Source: Podarcis tiliguerta
Taxonomy: Eukaryota
Length of the DNA stretch: 64,000 bases
Strand: one strand, 5' to 3'
Assembly: GCA_965153285.1 (NCBI GenBank)
Contig: OZ229119.1
The notes under the pieces are model-generated. The model was not told where the DNA came from. It was given only the letters and a program-made list of their open reading frames with translations, and did not search any database. Made by a program: the position numbers and the translations under genes. This document shows positions 36,813 through 50,258 of the stretch, one piece after another. Within the stretch, counting starts at the first letter, position 1. Each line of letters starts with the position of its first letter.

Positions 36813-39800
36813 TCCTAAATCTTTATCCTAATACAGAGGTTGTAGACTTCACGGTGGGGAGCCACAAAATGATTAATCCAAACTAGGGAGATGAGGCAAA
36901 GTATGTGATTTGGCATAAGTGCAGAGTAATGATCGCTGGAATAAATATTCCAAATTTTGCATTAAACTGATGAGGTCTAAACAGGTAACTACCTAGAAAA
37001 AGAGATATTAGCATTGCATTGGAAAGCTAATTTGAAATGCTATATCTTGTGAAAGTGTTTTGCTACTCAAGTCAACACAGCACATCTGTAAAGTGGTCAA
37101 ACGTATAACGCTATACATGTCTGTTGTGAAGCAAGTCCCAGTCATTTCAGTGGGCTTACTTCAAGGTAAGTGGGCATAGAATTGCAGCCCGAATCAACAA
37201 AGAGTCTTGTGATACATTAAAAGATGAACAGTTTTATCATGGTGTAGGTGTTTGTGGCAAGAGCCTACTTTGTTGGATATATGAGGTTCCATCCTGTTGA
37301 AAGGTGTATGTTCAACAAATGAACTTCAAAGAGAGGCTCCAGCAGGAAAGTGCTGAATGAGAACTTAATCAGTTAATTTTATGTGAAGAAAATGTATTTT
37401 TGCTTATTAATTATTGTGAATAATAACATTTAGTCTGTTACAGATTTTAAATACTGTATTTGTTATGAATTTTAGTTGTATGGATTTTATTGTTGTAGCT
37501 TGCTTTGATAACTTTTTTTGGTATAAGGCAACAAAATAATTTTCTCCATCTGGACTTGACTAGATCTGTTCTACCACAGTTAATTAATGCAGGATATGTG
37601 ACCACCAATTTCTGCTCTTGTGAATGGTCACTATGCTTTATGAAACAAGACTCATTTTGTTTTTACTACAACATCAGGAGTGTAATTAGGGAGTGTCCCA
37701 GAGACCCGAATCCCACAAGATGCCCGGAGTCTTCCAAAGTGCAATGCCCAGGAGACCACAGCCAACCACCACCCTAATTTCCCCAGAGGCTCTTGTTTTA
37801 ATTTTAATATGTATATAAGCAGCCCATAGCTCAGAATAAGCCCTGACAGGTAAACTTTGCTTCCTGCCCCTTGGAATGTGAGCCTATATTTGCATGTACA
37901 TATATTGGAAATTTGTGTCATAAGCCTGTGCCCCAAGTCTTTTAAGTACCTAACAATGCTCCTGTGCAACTGATTAACATGGCTATCCTCTGGAAACACT
38001 TATCCCTAAATTCAGTTTTAACAGATTATGCTAGGTCATTGCCAAGTGAGGTAATTACACAGTTAGTGTCTCGAGGAAGCTTCTGGAGCACCGCACTATT
38101 CACCACATAAATACTTCGACAAATCTATCCTGTTCCTGAGTTTCTGTTTACCAAACCACCCTCCTCTTCTTTCTACAAATCAGAATCTTCTGGAATTCCA
38201 TGCCTTTCACTGTGTAAACTTAGCCTTCTTGCAGGGTTTCACTGTTGTTAACTTACTTGGCTTATTCTTTTCCAAAGATTAGTAGGAGACCCTATTTGTA
38301 AAATAACTGCTGGCCAGTAGAGGGTAGTCTACTCCCTTGCCAGCAAACAGTGTGTTTAACATTAACCATGGATGGTCTGTGAAACGCAGCAAGCATTTAT
38401 GTGAGATCATCAAGGTTCGTATCAACGCCTCCCATTCCCTAAAGATAATTCTTTCTTTTGGAAAGATCTGTAGTTGATTTATGATTCATAATTTACTTGC
38501 GCTCCTGTGAGAACTTAATTATTAAGTTCATTTACACTTCAGGCAAAATAATAGATCAACAAAGCAAACATTTATTACGTTCTCACTAAATCCCCCCACA
38601 GAGTTCAGTGTTAATGTAATGGTGCTAAAGGGGTATATTCAGCTTACGAATAAAATTCCTGCCTGATCAGGTTCTGTTTTTTAAATTTCTATAACGAAAA
38701 CACAGCTTGGACAATTGCCTGCCTGCCTTCCATAAGGTCTTGGGATATTGTTTTACGTTACCATAATACTTAGGTCCTGTTTTTTTCTGCGTTTTGACTA
38801 ACAGCCTGCTGCCCTCCCTGCTTTCTCCCAGCAGCTTTGAGGCAAACTTGCATCATTACAAAAGGATCAGGGAGCTTCTGCATACAAATAAGCATGTTGT
38901 TGCCTAGTTAAAGCATTATGTTCTGCATGTAGTAAAGTATGCAGGGAAGAAGGCTAGTGTGCATAAGCCCTGTTACACATTTCTGCTATATTCTTGGCGA
39001 AAAGTAGCATGTGAACAGGCCCTGTATCTCTAAAACAGAGAGACCTTAACCTGAGTAATGCTGTTTAAGTTGTACTATATACATTGTGGGTTCATGAAGG
39101 CTTCAGCCTGAATTTGTTATCACTTTTCGGAAAGCAGGAAGCATTGCACTCCAATTAATCTGGCAAGTGAGATTGATTCACAACTGCAGGCATGTAGTCT
39201 TTATATGTACACATACACACAGGCAACACATATGCACCTTCATAAAAGTGCAGACATTCTTTTATTCATATTGTTGCATTCTTATTGTTGCACATTACAA
39301 GAAAAAAAAAACCATCCCAGGAAGCAAAAACTGGGACAACATGAAATTCTTTTTTCACCTTGACTTTTCACACAGATACACACATGACTTTTCTCTAGAG
39401 TTGCATGCACACAGCAAGTATTGCTGTGGTGTGTTGACACTAGCTAAGTAGGCATGTATGTCTAGGAAATCTATAGTCCAATAACACCTGATGTGTGTCT
39501 AGTATGGCCCCTCCCCATCACATTTGTGTTCCTAGCTTCCTTCAAAGCCCCACACCTAGCACTGTTTCATACACAATTTTAAAATGTATCCGTAAAAATG
39601 CAAAGTGTTTCTATGACAAATTTGTGTTTACAAGCACATCCATCATATGTGCACAATCATCAGGCAGCAAGGATTGGTTATAGCTCTTTTAGTGTCAGTC
39701 TTTGCTTTGCTGCTGTCATGTGGATAAAATGAGCCCTAGTTGACATAACCCATGTTGATGGTGCTGGGCTAGTGTATAGCTGCACTAATAAAGAGTTGCC

Positions 39801-42644
39801 AAGGGCACACATGCAAAATAGGGGAAATTTATTCTCCTGGCTTAAGATTCTCCAGCCTGGGCTGAAACATAACCTTTTTATGGTTGACAGAAGTGCAGAT
39901 TAAGTTAGTGAAATAGGGTAGTTAAACCATGTTCTTCCATAAAGAACTGACATGATTTACATTGATTTGTAGAAATTACTTCAACCGCGGTGAGGTAACC
40001 AGTGGCCCACAGGTCAGATTCAATCCACCAGCCTGCCAACTTGTCTATGACTGTCTAAAAGTGACAGTCAGAGCACTGCCTCTGGCAACAGCTGCTTTCA
40101 GCATAGGCAAAGGAGAAGGTGGGCAGCTCTTTGAAAGCATCAGAGGAGATTGGGAAACCATTTGTCTCTGCTGCTTTTGATATCCTGCCTACCTCCCTCT
40201 TCAGAAACTGCTCACCGCAGTGGTTTCTAATGTCTTTTGTCTCCTTTACTGTTGGGAAAAGCGAGGGATGAGGGAGGCTGGCTTTGTTGGGATCCACTGC
40301 CTCAAGGCAGCTGATGCTCCATAAATGAACATAGGGAGAGGTTGCCACAAGGTGCCTAGCTGCACCCACTGGTGGTTTGAGCCCTCCAGGTGGTTGGCCA
40401 ATATGGGATGTGGCTCTCAGGCAAAAATTGGTTCACTGACACTTGATTTAAACTGTAGTAACAGATTGTGTTGCATTGATCCTATAGTAATCAAACCAGA
40501 TTTTCTTTAGCAGAGCAGCATTTGAACACCTGGAAAACCTTGTTAGATAGCCAGCACCCAATGACAAGAATATACATAAAATATAAAGAGATATTTTAAA
40601 ATGCTGCTTACATAATGACTAGGGAGGATTTTTTATTCAGAATGAATATAAAAGTTTCTCAGTAGAGAACTGTATACAATCATATGAAATGAATCGGATG
40701 AAATATTCATGTAACTTAATGTCTGTAACCTATATGAAGCCCTCGTTCTGGGGGTTGTTGCCTCCGTTTTTGCATTGAGAGGTTTGCTTTTATGGTGCTC
40801 TTTGCAAAATCAGCACCTTGGAGAGCAGAATAAGGCTGATAGTCTGGGGCTGGAGACATCCTTTCATTTGGGTGTGTGTGTTGAAAATAGTTTATTAGAG
40901 CCATGGTTGCCTGTGCTGTGTGTATGCTTTCCCCACAGTTAGCCATGGCAAACCAGAGCAGTTCATAAACCTGCAAAACGTGTTTGATCAGAGACAACCA
41001 TGGCAGTAAACAGCAACACACAAAAACAAAACTTGCTATCTGTCTTCAGTCTGATTTTGCTTAGTGGAAGCCTTTATACAGTGTTTAGAAATCTGATGAG
41101 AGAAACATGTGGCTTGTTCATGCTAGAACAGATGGGAGCATGTGATATGTCAGTGAGTAAGTTCCAGAAGTTTTGTGAGGTTCAGACTTGCGGCTGATTG
41201 TTCTTTTATTACAAACATATACTTCTTTGGCAATTTTCCAGTTTCTTCTTTGCATGCTTCCCTGAGGACCATTAACAAAATTTCAGTTCTTTCTTGTGTA
41301 CCTTGGTCATTCCTGTTTCATGCTTCTATGGCGCTGTAGTCTATACTATTATGGGTTAGTTTGTGTGGGATGAATATGTGGCAGATCATGGGTTAAGCCA
41401 GGGAGTTCATATGTAGTCACCTTTTGGATTCCTATCAATCTTGTTGCCCTGTGAACTGCTAGACCAACTTACAGATGTCAGCAGCCTGGTGAAAAGTTCT
41501 GAAAATAAGAGAGCTCATCTGAAAATAATTATGATGAGCCCTCTTAAATATTATGAAGGTAAACACAAGCTTCCTGGATTAGAATTTATTTCATTTGAAC
41601 AAGACTTAACTAATTTTGGGTCTGTTGGACTCAGAAGAAGAAAGAATGTGGTATAGAAATGATAACAATGCAAAAGATAATTGGATACATGCCAGTCAGG
41701 GCACATGCCTCCATTGCTAGAAACAGTTGGGATAGGCTTTTTTTTAATGTTCTATTGTTAGCCTGCAGTTCTTACAGAAGAGCTTGAGTAATAAATTACT
41801 TGGCTAAAAATGAGTACAACCCCATGCTAGGCTTCTAAAAACCAAACTCAATCAAAGGGCAGGGGGGGACCTGACTGAGAACAAAATAGAAATGAACAAT
41901 AAAGATCATGTTTGAAAGAGAGGAGGAAATGCATAGGAAAGAAACAGTTCAGCAGATTTGAACCATGTGATGAAACTGCAGGGTATGAAACAATGATGGT
42001 GGTGATGAGGGCTTAGAATTGGGCCGATTGGAGTGGCACTTTTAGTGGAAAGTGGAGAGTTATAGCAGAGTTATAGCAGAGTCAGTATTCAGTAATAGGA
42101 AGATTCGTATGGGAAGCATAGAAGCATAGAAGCTATGAAGGGGGAGCATTAGGTAGCAGTGCAGGACATAAAAGTCCCTTACCCCATGAAGAAAGGCAGA
42201 TACAGTATAGATATAGAGAAATAGATAGTTTCTTAGGAATCCCAGATTCTGCTCACAAAAGTCCAGGGATTATCAGCAGCCTTGCATCTGTGATGATATA
42301 TTAAAGCTTCAGTTCTGTAATTATACCATGCACTTATGGTAGAGTTCACAGAGGTATTTTGACTCCCTGCATTTGGGATACTTAGAAAGAGAAGAGTTCT
42401 GCATGCTCAGCTTCCGCTTTAAGTTCTGAGAGGTAAAAAGCATTCCTTGTGATCTTTCGCTGACAAAATTTTTGTGAGAGAAACTGCCCCACAAATTTTA
42501 ATATTTATCATGTACAATTTTTAAAAGGTCATACACCTTATAAATTTAATCTGTGCCACAAACTTGTACTAGCTGTTAAAATTTCCCCACCAATTACTGG
42601 GGTCAATTTTACATACTGTACTTGCAACAAAGATTTTCCCTTCC

Positions 42645-42647
42645 TTT

Positions 42648-42700
<53 letters not shown>
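42645..42700. repeat. (TTTC)n microsatellite
   Basis: Seen directly. Confidence 0.95.
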
Positions 42701-43373
42701 TGTTGGGCTCAGTCTTGGCTTCTGCAGGGGAGCAAAATGGCTAAGTCAAATATTTAGACTTCGTTCTTTCCAAGATTTTTAGAACTTAGTCTCTGATTTA
42801 ATAACCTACATGCATAAGTGCATCATTCTATCGTTTCTTCTGTTTCTATTCTGTGATTATCAATCCTTGCTCCCTCTGCTTTTTCAGTTTAGCTGCCTAT
42901 TCCATCAATGTTAATCCTCCATGTTAGGTTAAGCATTAACCCTTATTCTTGCATAGCCATTCTATACATTTAGGTTCTATGGAGCGTAGGCAGTAAATGT
43001 AGTAACTTCGCAGACTGCATGCTTCTTCTTTTAGTAGTTGCAGTTCAGATTTGCAATCCCTTGCTATTTTTAAACAGAGAGCCTTCTAAGTATGGAAGGC
43101 CATAGAACTAGAAGAGAATCTTTTCAAGGTGATATCCAAAGACGCTTTGCCAAGAAAAACCAGTCCCTCTTGAATGTAGTACAAAGTTTACTGTATTCTG
43201 TTGTGAACAATAGGTTGTGCAAGGTTAATGTTGTGTGAAATAAAACCAGAAAACACAACACAGGGATTTCTCTAGCAGATTACTCACTTAAAAATTGACA
43301 TGAAATAAAAATCTGTATTGATATAGTTAATGTTTCTTATGTCATATCAGTGGAATTCATTTTGTCTTATTAG

Positions 43374-43415
43374 AGGACCTGGAGAATGCAAGTTCCCACA
43401 CAGCTGTCCAAAGAG
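43374..43415 (+). CDS. C2CD5: C2CD5 42-nt symmetric (phase 1-1) cassette exon (EDLENASSHTAVQR)
   Basis: tattag|...G|gtgagt; resembles the recalled human alternative segment EHLESASSNSGIPAAQR. Confidence 0.8.
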
Positions 43416-44569
43416 GTGAGTTTCCTTGATTTAGCTCTAAGCCAGAACAGGGGATGCATTCCTGGCTCTGTTGGGGGTACACTTGGGATGTGGCTTCAAG
43501 CATTCAGGAAGTATGTACCAGTTGCCTTGGAAAGCACGCTCTGATGTGGCTTATTGATATCTGAATATGCTCATCAAAGTATTTTTCTATACATTAGGGA
43601 TAGCTAGAATTAGAAGTGATGGGTAGTCTTACATTGTCGCTTTGTCTTCCAGAACAATTTTCAGAATAACTGGTTGTTCAGTTCTTCATCTTCCTTTAAT
43701 GTTATATTGAATTCCTCAGTTGTTGTTGTTTTACGGAGGACTGGAAGGGGATGGAACTAAAGATCAGTTAATACATAAACAATGCATGCTGCTGTGGAAT
43801 TATTGATACCAGTCTTGGTGCCTGCCTAGGAATACTCAGTAATCTGGGGGGGGGGGGGACGGGGACCAAACCTTCAATTTTCACTGCGAGGGTAATGATC
43901 TTGAAAAGGAAGAGGTGTTTCAAAAGCACAAAAAGGGGCTTATGTGCAATATATTTTATCTTTATTTCCTGCTTATCAGGAGGAATTCTGTGATTTTTAA
44001 ATTAAAGCTGAAAACAATTGCTGAACTTTTGATCTAGTGAGCTTGTCCGGGAAGCTCATAAGCTTGGGTTTAAGAGTTTGAGTGGCCATGCAAGGCACCC
44101 CAGGTGTTGGATTCAAAACATCAAAGTTGTTGCCAAAAGGGTCAAATACTTTTCATTTATTTGTCTAAAAGATTTGTCTGGTATGGATACTGTCGAGGAT
44201 GAGGTGTGATATCCTAAGGACATTATATGGGAGTTCCCTCATTCATGCAGCCCTGTGCCAGTTATTTTGTTTATTATAGTGAAAATATCCTTTATATTTA
44301 AAAATATGTGCTCAGAGCTGAATGACTCTGTCCCATTTGACTACTGTTTGCACCTGAATTCACAACATCAAGTTACCTGGGTATTTCACACTACTTCTAT
44401 CTGTCTAGTACAGATCATTTCATGATGTATTCATTAACTAAACATAGCACAACACAACACTGAGCACTTCACACTGGTTCAGACAGTCAGCAGACCCCAT
44501 TCAGACTGCAGCCAGCAAGCACTCACCCAGCAGGGATCACATTGAAGAGAGAGCTGTACGAAACAGCAT

Positions 44570-44970
44570 GTGGGGACCATGTACACTGGTGCCCTGATTT
44601 GTATAGTCACAGTGATCCTCCTTCGTTCTTGCAAATTGCGGCAACTGTGTGAATCTGTTCATGTGATCTCTGCTTCCTTGCGGTCCCTGCTGGTGGCCCT
44701 GCAGACTCCCATAGGCAGTTTGTGTGGGACCTGTCTAGTCTCTGCTCTGGACCAGTGCCTGAAATTGGTGTATCTGGGGAGTGGAAGGTACTTGTGCAGT
44801 GTCTTCCTGCTGATCGTCATACAGCAGAAGGCTCAATTTGTGCTGCCTTGTAGAAGACTCCACAGTGATCCCAAGCACTGTAACTTTCAGAAATGTTGGA
44901 CATAATTCACAGAATCATCAAAGTTGCCAAAAGGGCATCTCTTGAAGCACCGTCAAGGACTCTGAAAGCA
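44570..44970 (+). mobile_element. Possible ancient RTE-type LINE reverse-transcriptase remnant
   Basis: LDQCLKLVYLGS resembles the non-LTR RT motif LE.V..FVYLGS; otherwise heavily decayed. Confidence 0.3.
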
Positions 44971-45274
44971 CTGTTACAGAAAACTGCAAGGCAGTCTTAC
45001 AGCAGCAGGTACTCTTTTGAATTCACTGCTGCAGAAATGGATAAAACAAGACATGTATGCATTTATCGTAGGGATGATGTTTCTAGATGCTCATACTACG
45101 TAGGTGAATCATGTCCGACCAGTAATGTCCAAGCAGAGGCAAGCACTGTGTTTTCTTGGAAAACCACTTATTCTTGGATGCAGATAATTGATTCATCAGA
45201 AGGAGCACTGCAATGGGCAAAGGGGCATCACCCATATTTTTTTCCTTTGTTTTTCCTTTTGTTTTTCTGTCTGT

Positions 45275-45406
45275 NNNNNNNNNNNNNNNNNNNNNNNNNN
45301 NNNNNNNNNNNNNNNNNNNNNNNNNNNNNNNNNNNNNNNNNNNNNNNNNNNNNNNNNNNNNNNNNNNNNNNNNNNNNNNNNNNNNNNNNNNNNNNNNNNN
45401 NNNNNN
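45275..45406. other. Undetermined sequence (132 N) directly after a polypyrimidine tract
   Basis: Preceded by tttcctttgtttttccttttgtttttctgtctgt. Confidence 0.95.
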
Positions 45407-46309
45407 TTCTGATCATTGGAAGCGTAGTTCTGATCTTTCAGTGGCAAACGGTGGAGCTTCCTACCCAGTAGTGGCATTGCAAAATCAGTGTCCGAGTGTG
45501 AAAGCTGCAGACACACAGCGTCTGTTTTTGAAAACATTAATGCCAGGTTGATTTTGGAGCGCATTGTTCTGTGCTCCAAAAGTAAACTGCCAGTAAATAT
45601 ATAGGTGATAAATAGGCTTGCGAATTGTACAACTAAAAGGTATACATACAGTGTGACAGAAAGTGTATGTATACATCAGTGAAATTCTTCAGACTATGCA
45701 AGGATCACCTGCATGATATTTGTGGCAGCAATCACTGAATTACAAAGTGGTGAGTTTTTAATTTTTGTTTAAGTAGTTCAATGGCTGCAGGTATGACTTT
45801 TGCTTTAGTTACTCAAGATGAAGATTTACCTGGAAGCTGACAGCAATGAAGAATTTGTCCAAAATTTGAAAAATGCTGGACTGGAGAAACGTGTCAACTT
45901 TCACACTCTTTCCTGTAGACTTTTTGTCGTTCCCTCTAGCAGAAATTTTTACCAAATCGTGATACCTTTCCCAACCACTCCCTCCCTCCCTCCGCACTAC
46001 CTGTGTCTTCACTTGATAACTGATCATTTGTATGTGCAGCTGCTGGCCTCAGTGTTTTCTTTTGCAGGAATGCTACTCTTCTTCCAAAATTAAACCCCAT
46101 TCAAGCTTTTTGTCTCTCGTTTGCATGTGCTGCATGGTTATTTCTTTTCTATGGCTGAGCATCACGGGCAGCTGAATGTTGTCACCAAGCTATGTGGAAA
46201 CCATGAAGAAGGCTTAATCTGTTGGAGCTACCGATGCAACTATCCATATGTTGAGTAGTTATTCTCTGTCTGTCTTCCTTCTTTCCTTCCTCCCTTCTGC
46301 CACTTGTAG

Positions 46310-46497
46310 CCATTTCATTCGACAAGCCAAGTCCATTGACAGAAGGACAGTCCCGTCGTTCTGGCTCATCCGGCATGAGTTCCACTGTGCCAGTTGTTAA
46401 GATGACACCTCTTTCTTTCATCGCTGGGGCAAAAATAACCAAATACCTTGGAATAATCAACATGTTTTTTATACGAGAAACCACTTCTTTGCGTGAG
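46310..46497 (+). CDS. C2CD5: C2CD5 coding exon (ISFDKPSPLTEGQSRRSGSSGMSSTVPVVKMTPLSFIAGAKITKYLGIINMFFIRETTSLRE)
   Basis: ttgtag|...GAG|gtaagc. Confidence 0.95.
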
Positions 46498-47135
46498 GTA
46501 AGCTGCGCTGGAGTCCGCCTTTCTCTCATGGCTAACATGGCTGATCTTGGGTTTTAGTTATGCTGGGTGCAAGAGATTCAGCAATTCAGAATTAACAGAA
46601 AAAGGGCATAAGTCTTGCTTGAGCAGATTCCAGATTATCGCATCTCCATATACCTTCACTATAAGTAAAATCCAATGCACAGTTGAATTTTGTGCTCTTT
46701 TTAGCAGATTAACCCAGCTCTTGATTGTCTGTTTGCAGAAAAGATCCACAGTATAGCTCTGCTAGATAATTTGAAAAATATGCAGATATGCTATTATAAG
46801 GCAACAATAACAGCAAACGTTTTGGGAGCCTAAGCAAATTGTCGCACAGTCCCATCTGTTCCTTGTATGGTTTTGAATGCTATTTGTGGTTTTTCATTGC
46901 TTTTTTGCTGATAAATCAGACTGTTTACTTGGAGGTTTGAAGTAGTAGTTCTCAAAGTATGTGTTAACTCTGAATGATGCTTTAGAAGACTAAGAAAAAC
47001 GACACAACTCTTTTGGAACAACTGTTGATTAGTTTTCACTTGTTTAGAATAAATTTGAAACTAAAGAACAGTAAGTGCTGGGGATGGTTTTACTAGTGCC
47101 TTTCCACTAAAATGCGTGTTGGTGTGTTTTTATAG

Positions 47136-47282
47136 GAGGGCGGTGTAAGCGGTTTTCTGCATGCATTCATTGCGGAGGTCTTTGCAATGGTAAGGGCTCA
47201 CGTGGCAGCTCTCGGGGGAAATGCCGTTGTCTCTTACATCATGAAGCAGTGCGTGTTCATGGAGAATCCAAACAAAAATCAG
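47136..47282 (+). CDS. C2CD5: C2CD5 coding exon (EGGVSGFLHAFIAEVFAMVRAHVAALGGNAVVSYIMKQCVFMENPNKNQ)
   Basis: tatag|...CAG|gtaaat; 147 nt. Confidence 0.96.
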
Positions 47283-48366
47283 GTAAATGGTGCTTGAAGA
47301 GAACACTATATGTCTGCACATAAACAGTCAGGGACTAGAGAAGCCTGACAGCATTTGCAATGTACTGGCATCCAGGCAAGGTTCTCCTAACTAATCCGTT
47401 AAGAACTCCTACTAAGAAAACAACCTACCTGTTAATCACACCATGTCAAGTGATTGATGGGTGGGTTATCCCACTCACCTGTCAAAAGTTGGCACTCAGG
47501 AGTGGGGGCAGATGACAGTCTGGCTCACAAGTCCAAAAGGGTCCCCCACCCCTTCTCTAAAGGGTTTGTGACCACCCCTAGGCCTTAAAATGGAGCCATT
47601 AGACTTTTCATTTGTTTGTAGCTACTGGAATTCTTGGCTAATAAACATGGCTGCATGATTTGGCTCCTTTTGTGTGTGAAGTCACAATAGATGCACAGGG
47701 AATGGAGGACTGCATTTTTCAAGAAACATCACAGTTTTGGTAAAATATATATATAACATTCCCACTTTTTAAGGTCAGGAGTCTTAAATCCCGATAAAAA
47801 AGGAACAACTGCATTTATTGCACTGGGCTCCAAAGGCCTTTTGAACAATGTGTACCATTCCAAAAAGGACGTTGGCGAATTGTCAATTTGTAGCTTTCTG
47901 CTGTGTCAGCTTTCAGAGAATTTGAAAGGGAAACACATGAAAAGTGAGGCTGAAAAGGCTAAGCATCCTTAGCTTGGAGAAAAACAAATGTTTATTTGTT
48001 GGGGCTGTTAGGGAGGTCCCTATATTCACAAAATGAGCTGGTATAGGTGGAGAGGAAATAATTATTTACTCAGGCCATTTCACACAGAAACCATCTGTGT
48101 GATCAGAAGCCTCTGAATCTCTAGTACTACTAGTTTTGGCCTCTGCTATAACCATCTGCAGAAAGCTCCTTCTCTGCTAGCGTTGCTGCAGCTGCTCATC
48201 TGTAAACTTTTTGTCAGCACTTGGCTGCTTCTGGCAGCAGAGAGGTACAAAGACCTTGTCCGGTAGCAGGAATTTATTTGCACATTTCAAATTTCTGTGT
48301 AAACAATAAGGTTCTGTTTAAAATCCAGAAGATATATAACTGGATGCCCGCTTTCTGTCTTTGCAG

Positions 48367-48510
48367 GCACAGTGCCTAATAAACGTCAGCGGAGATGCAG
48401 TAATCTTTATACGTGAATCAGAATTGGAAGGGGCGGCAAACCAGCTCTCCACAAATGGCTCTCAACCTACCAATTCAAAAGATGCCATAAGTTGCAACAT
48501 GAAGAAGTGA
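48367..48510 (+). CDS. C2CD5: C2CD5 last coding exon (AQCLINVSGDAVIFIRESELEGAANQLSTNGSQPTNSKDAISCNMKK*)
   Basis: ttgcag| acceptor; TGA at 48508-48510. Confidence 0.95.
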   Translation, partial: AQCLINVSGDAVIFIRESELEGAANQLSTNGSQPTNSKDAISCNMKK

Positions 48511-49801
48511 AATGGCTTTAATTATACCTCGAGGTTATCTTCAAAGTATCAGATGCCATGGCTTTCATTTGTTTCTTTTCAATCAGCAACACTCCTTATA
48601 TTAAGGACTGCTCCGTTTTGAGGCAATCATAAATACTGTCCATCAGATTTCGTAAGAGCCCCTGTGCACACAAAAGAACATCTGTCTAAAGGAAGAACTG
48701 AAAATAGCAGATGTTCATCAGAACTGAAGTCATCAGGATATCGCCCTGTATATTATAGGGCCAGAACAAAAAAAAAATCTTACTTGGAAGCTATCAGAAA
48801 CAAATGTTACTCATTCTCAGAGGGAGGAAGAGAGGATTTATATTACAACTGGAATATAGCTGAGAAATTCAAATCTCTCCATGTGTTTTGAGAAAGGAAA
48901 AGCTGGTTCCAACAGCACTGCCAAATACGCAACATGCAAAGTAAACATAGCTTTTGGAACTAGTGACAATCATCGCCCACATGAACTGGACAGACTGGAT
49001 GTAGCTGCATGTTAAAATATGTTTTTTCATGTTTGTGAACTATTGAATATTTTTCTATTGTACATTTTTTAATTTCAAATTGTTAAATAGAATTATGATA
49101 AAATAACTGGTGCAGATAACTATTGACATTTTATGTTATTGGAACAATAGTGGTAGATGAAAATCTGCTATCTGAAGTCTGTGAAATCCTAGCTGCGTCT
49201 GAAGAGGAAATCAGGGCTTTGGATTTCACAGGTTGCAAATACAAGGAAACTTGGAGAAAGAGCAGTATTCTAGAAAGGCCACCACTCACAGATGGTGTTA
49301 AATATGGTACCTAGGAAGATGAGGATTGCTGCAGTAAACAGAGGATTAGACACACCCAGAGGGATTTGATAGAATATAACAATCCATAGATCTGAGAAAC
49401 TGCTATTAACAGATGCGATCCTAGTCACTTGCATGTGTGGATAGGGGAGATAAATGCATGCTAAAGCATGAAATATGTTTTGAAAGTTTCTGTGGCAGCA
49501 ATCACTTGGCTGAACAGGCAGGCCACTTTTATTAAAACTGGCTTGCCTCTTCAACTGATGAGTAGCTGTAGGAAAAACTTTGAAAACCTGTGGATGCACT
49601 TGTTCCCTCACTCATGGCCATATAGGAGCCCAGCAGAAGTGCTTTTGACGGCCTCCAGTGTGGAACTTGAAGAAAAGATGTAAACTTGAATGTAAATAGA
49701 TGACATTTTGCTAGATCTAGGTACAGAAATTATCTATTATTTGTCCAATTCAGAGATTCCATTGTAAATGAGAATGATGAAAATCACATTCCTATTTGCA
49801 T

Positions 49802-49807
49802 AATAAA
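49802..49807 (+). terminator. Probable C2CD5 polyadenylation signal (3'UTR about 48511-49825)
   Basis: AATAAA about 1.3 kb after the stop, preceded by TGTA elements and followed by T/G-rich sequence; repeats resume just downstream. Confidence 0.65.
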
Positions 49808-49957
49808 GCTTCTTTCTTAAAAAAAAAGATAATCCTGATTTGCTGTTTGGGAGAGGTGGTGAGGAGGTAAGCATGCAATGATTTTTGGGTGGCTTATATC
49901 AGTTGTATATTTTGCATTCATCATGCTCAGAGAATACCCACTGAAATTAATGAATTA

Positions 49958-50258
49958 CCTCAGTGCCTAGGACTTGCCGATCGAAAGGTCGGCGGATCGA
50001 ATCCCTGCGGCGGGGTGCACTCCCGTTGCTCGGTCCTAGCGCCTGCCAACCTAGCAATTCGAAAGCACCCCCGGGTGCAAGTAGATAAATAGGGACCGCT
50101 TACTGGCGGGAAGGTAAACGGCGTTTCCGTGTGCTGTGCTGGCTCGCCAGATGCAGCTTTGTCACGCTGGCCACGTGACCCGGAAGTGTCTCCGGACAGC
50201 GCACAACCCTAGAGTCGGACACGACTGGCACGTAAGGGCAGGGGTAACTTTACCTTTA
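49958..50258 (+). mobile_element. Sauria SINE (second subfamily), 5'-truncated, with an internal 31-nt deletion
   Basis: Aligns to the copy at 52851 but lacks the segment between two AGCGC repeats. Confidence 0.9.

Noticed and set aside
42819-42933. Strong acceptor ttttcag at 42887 after an AG-free tract
   Set aside because: Stop in frame immediately; the only in-frame version (42893-42922) needs a weak acceptor and donor, so support is insufficient
44893-45579. ORFs spanning the N gap (also 210-481)
   Set aside because: Their length is an artefact of reading through Ns
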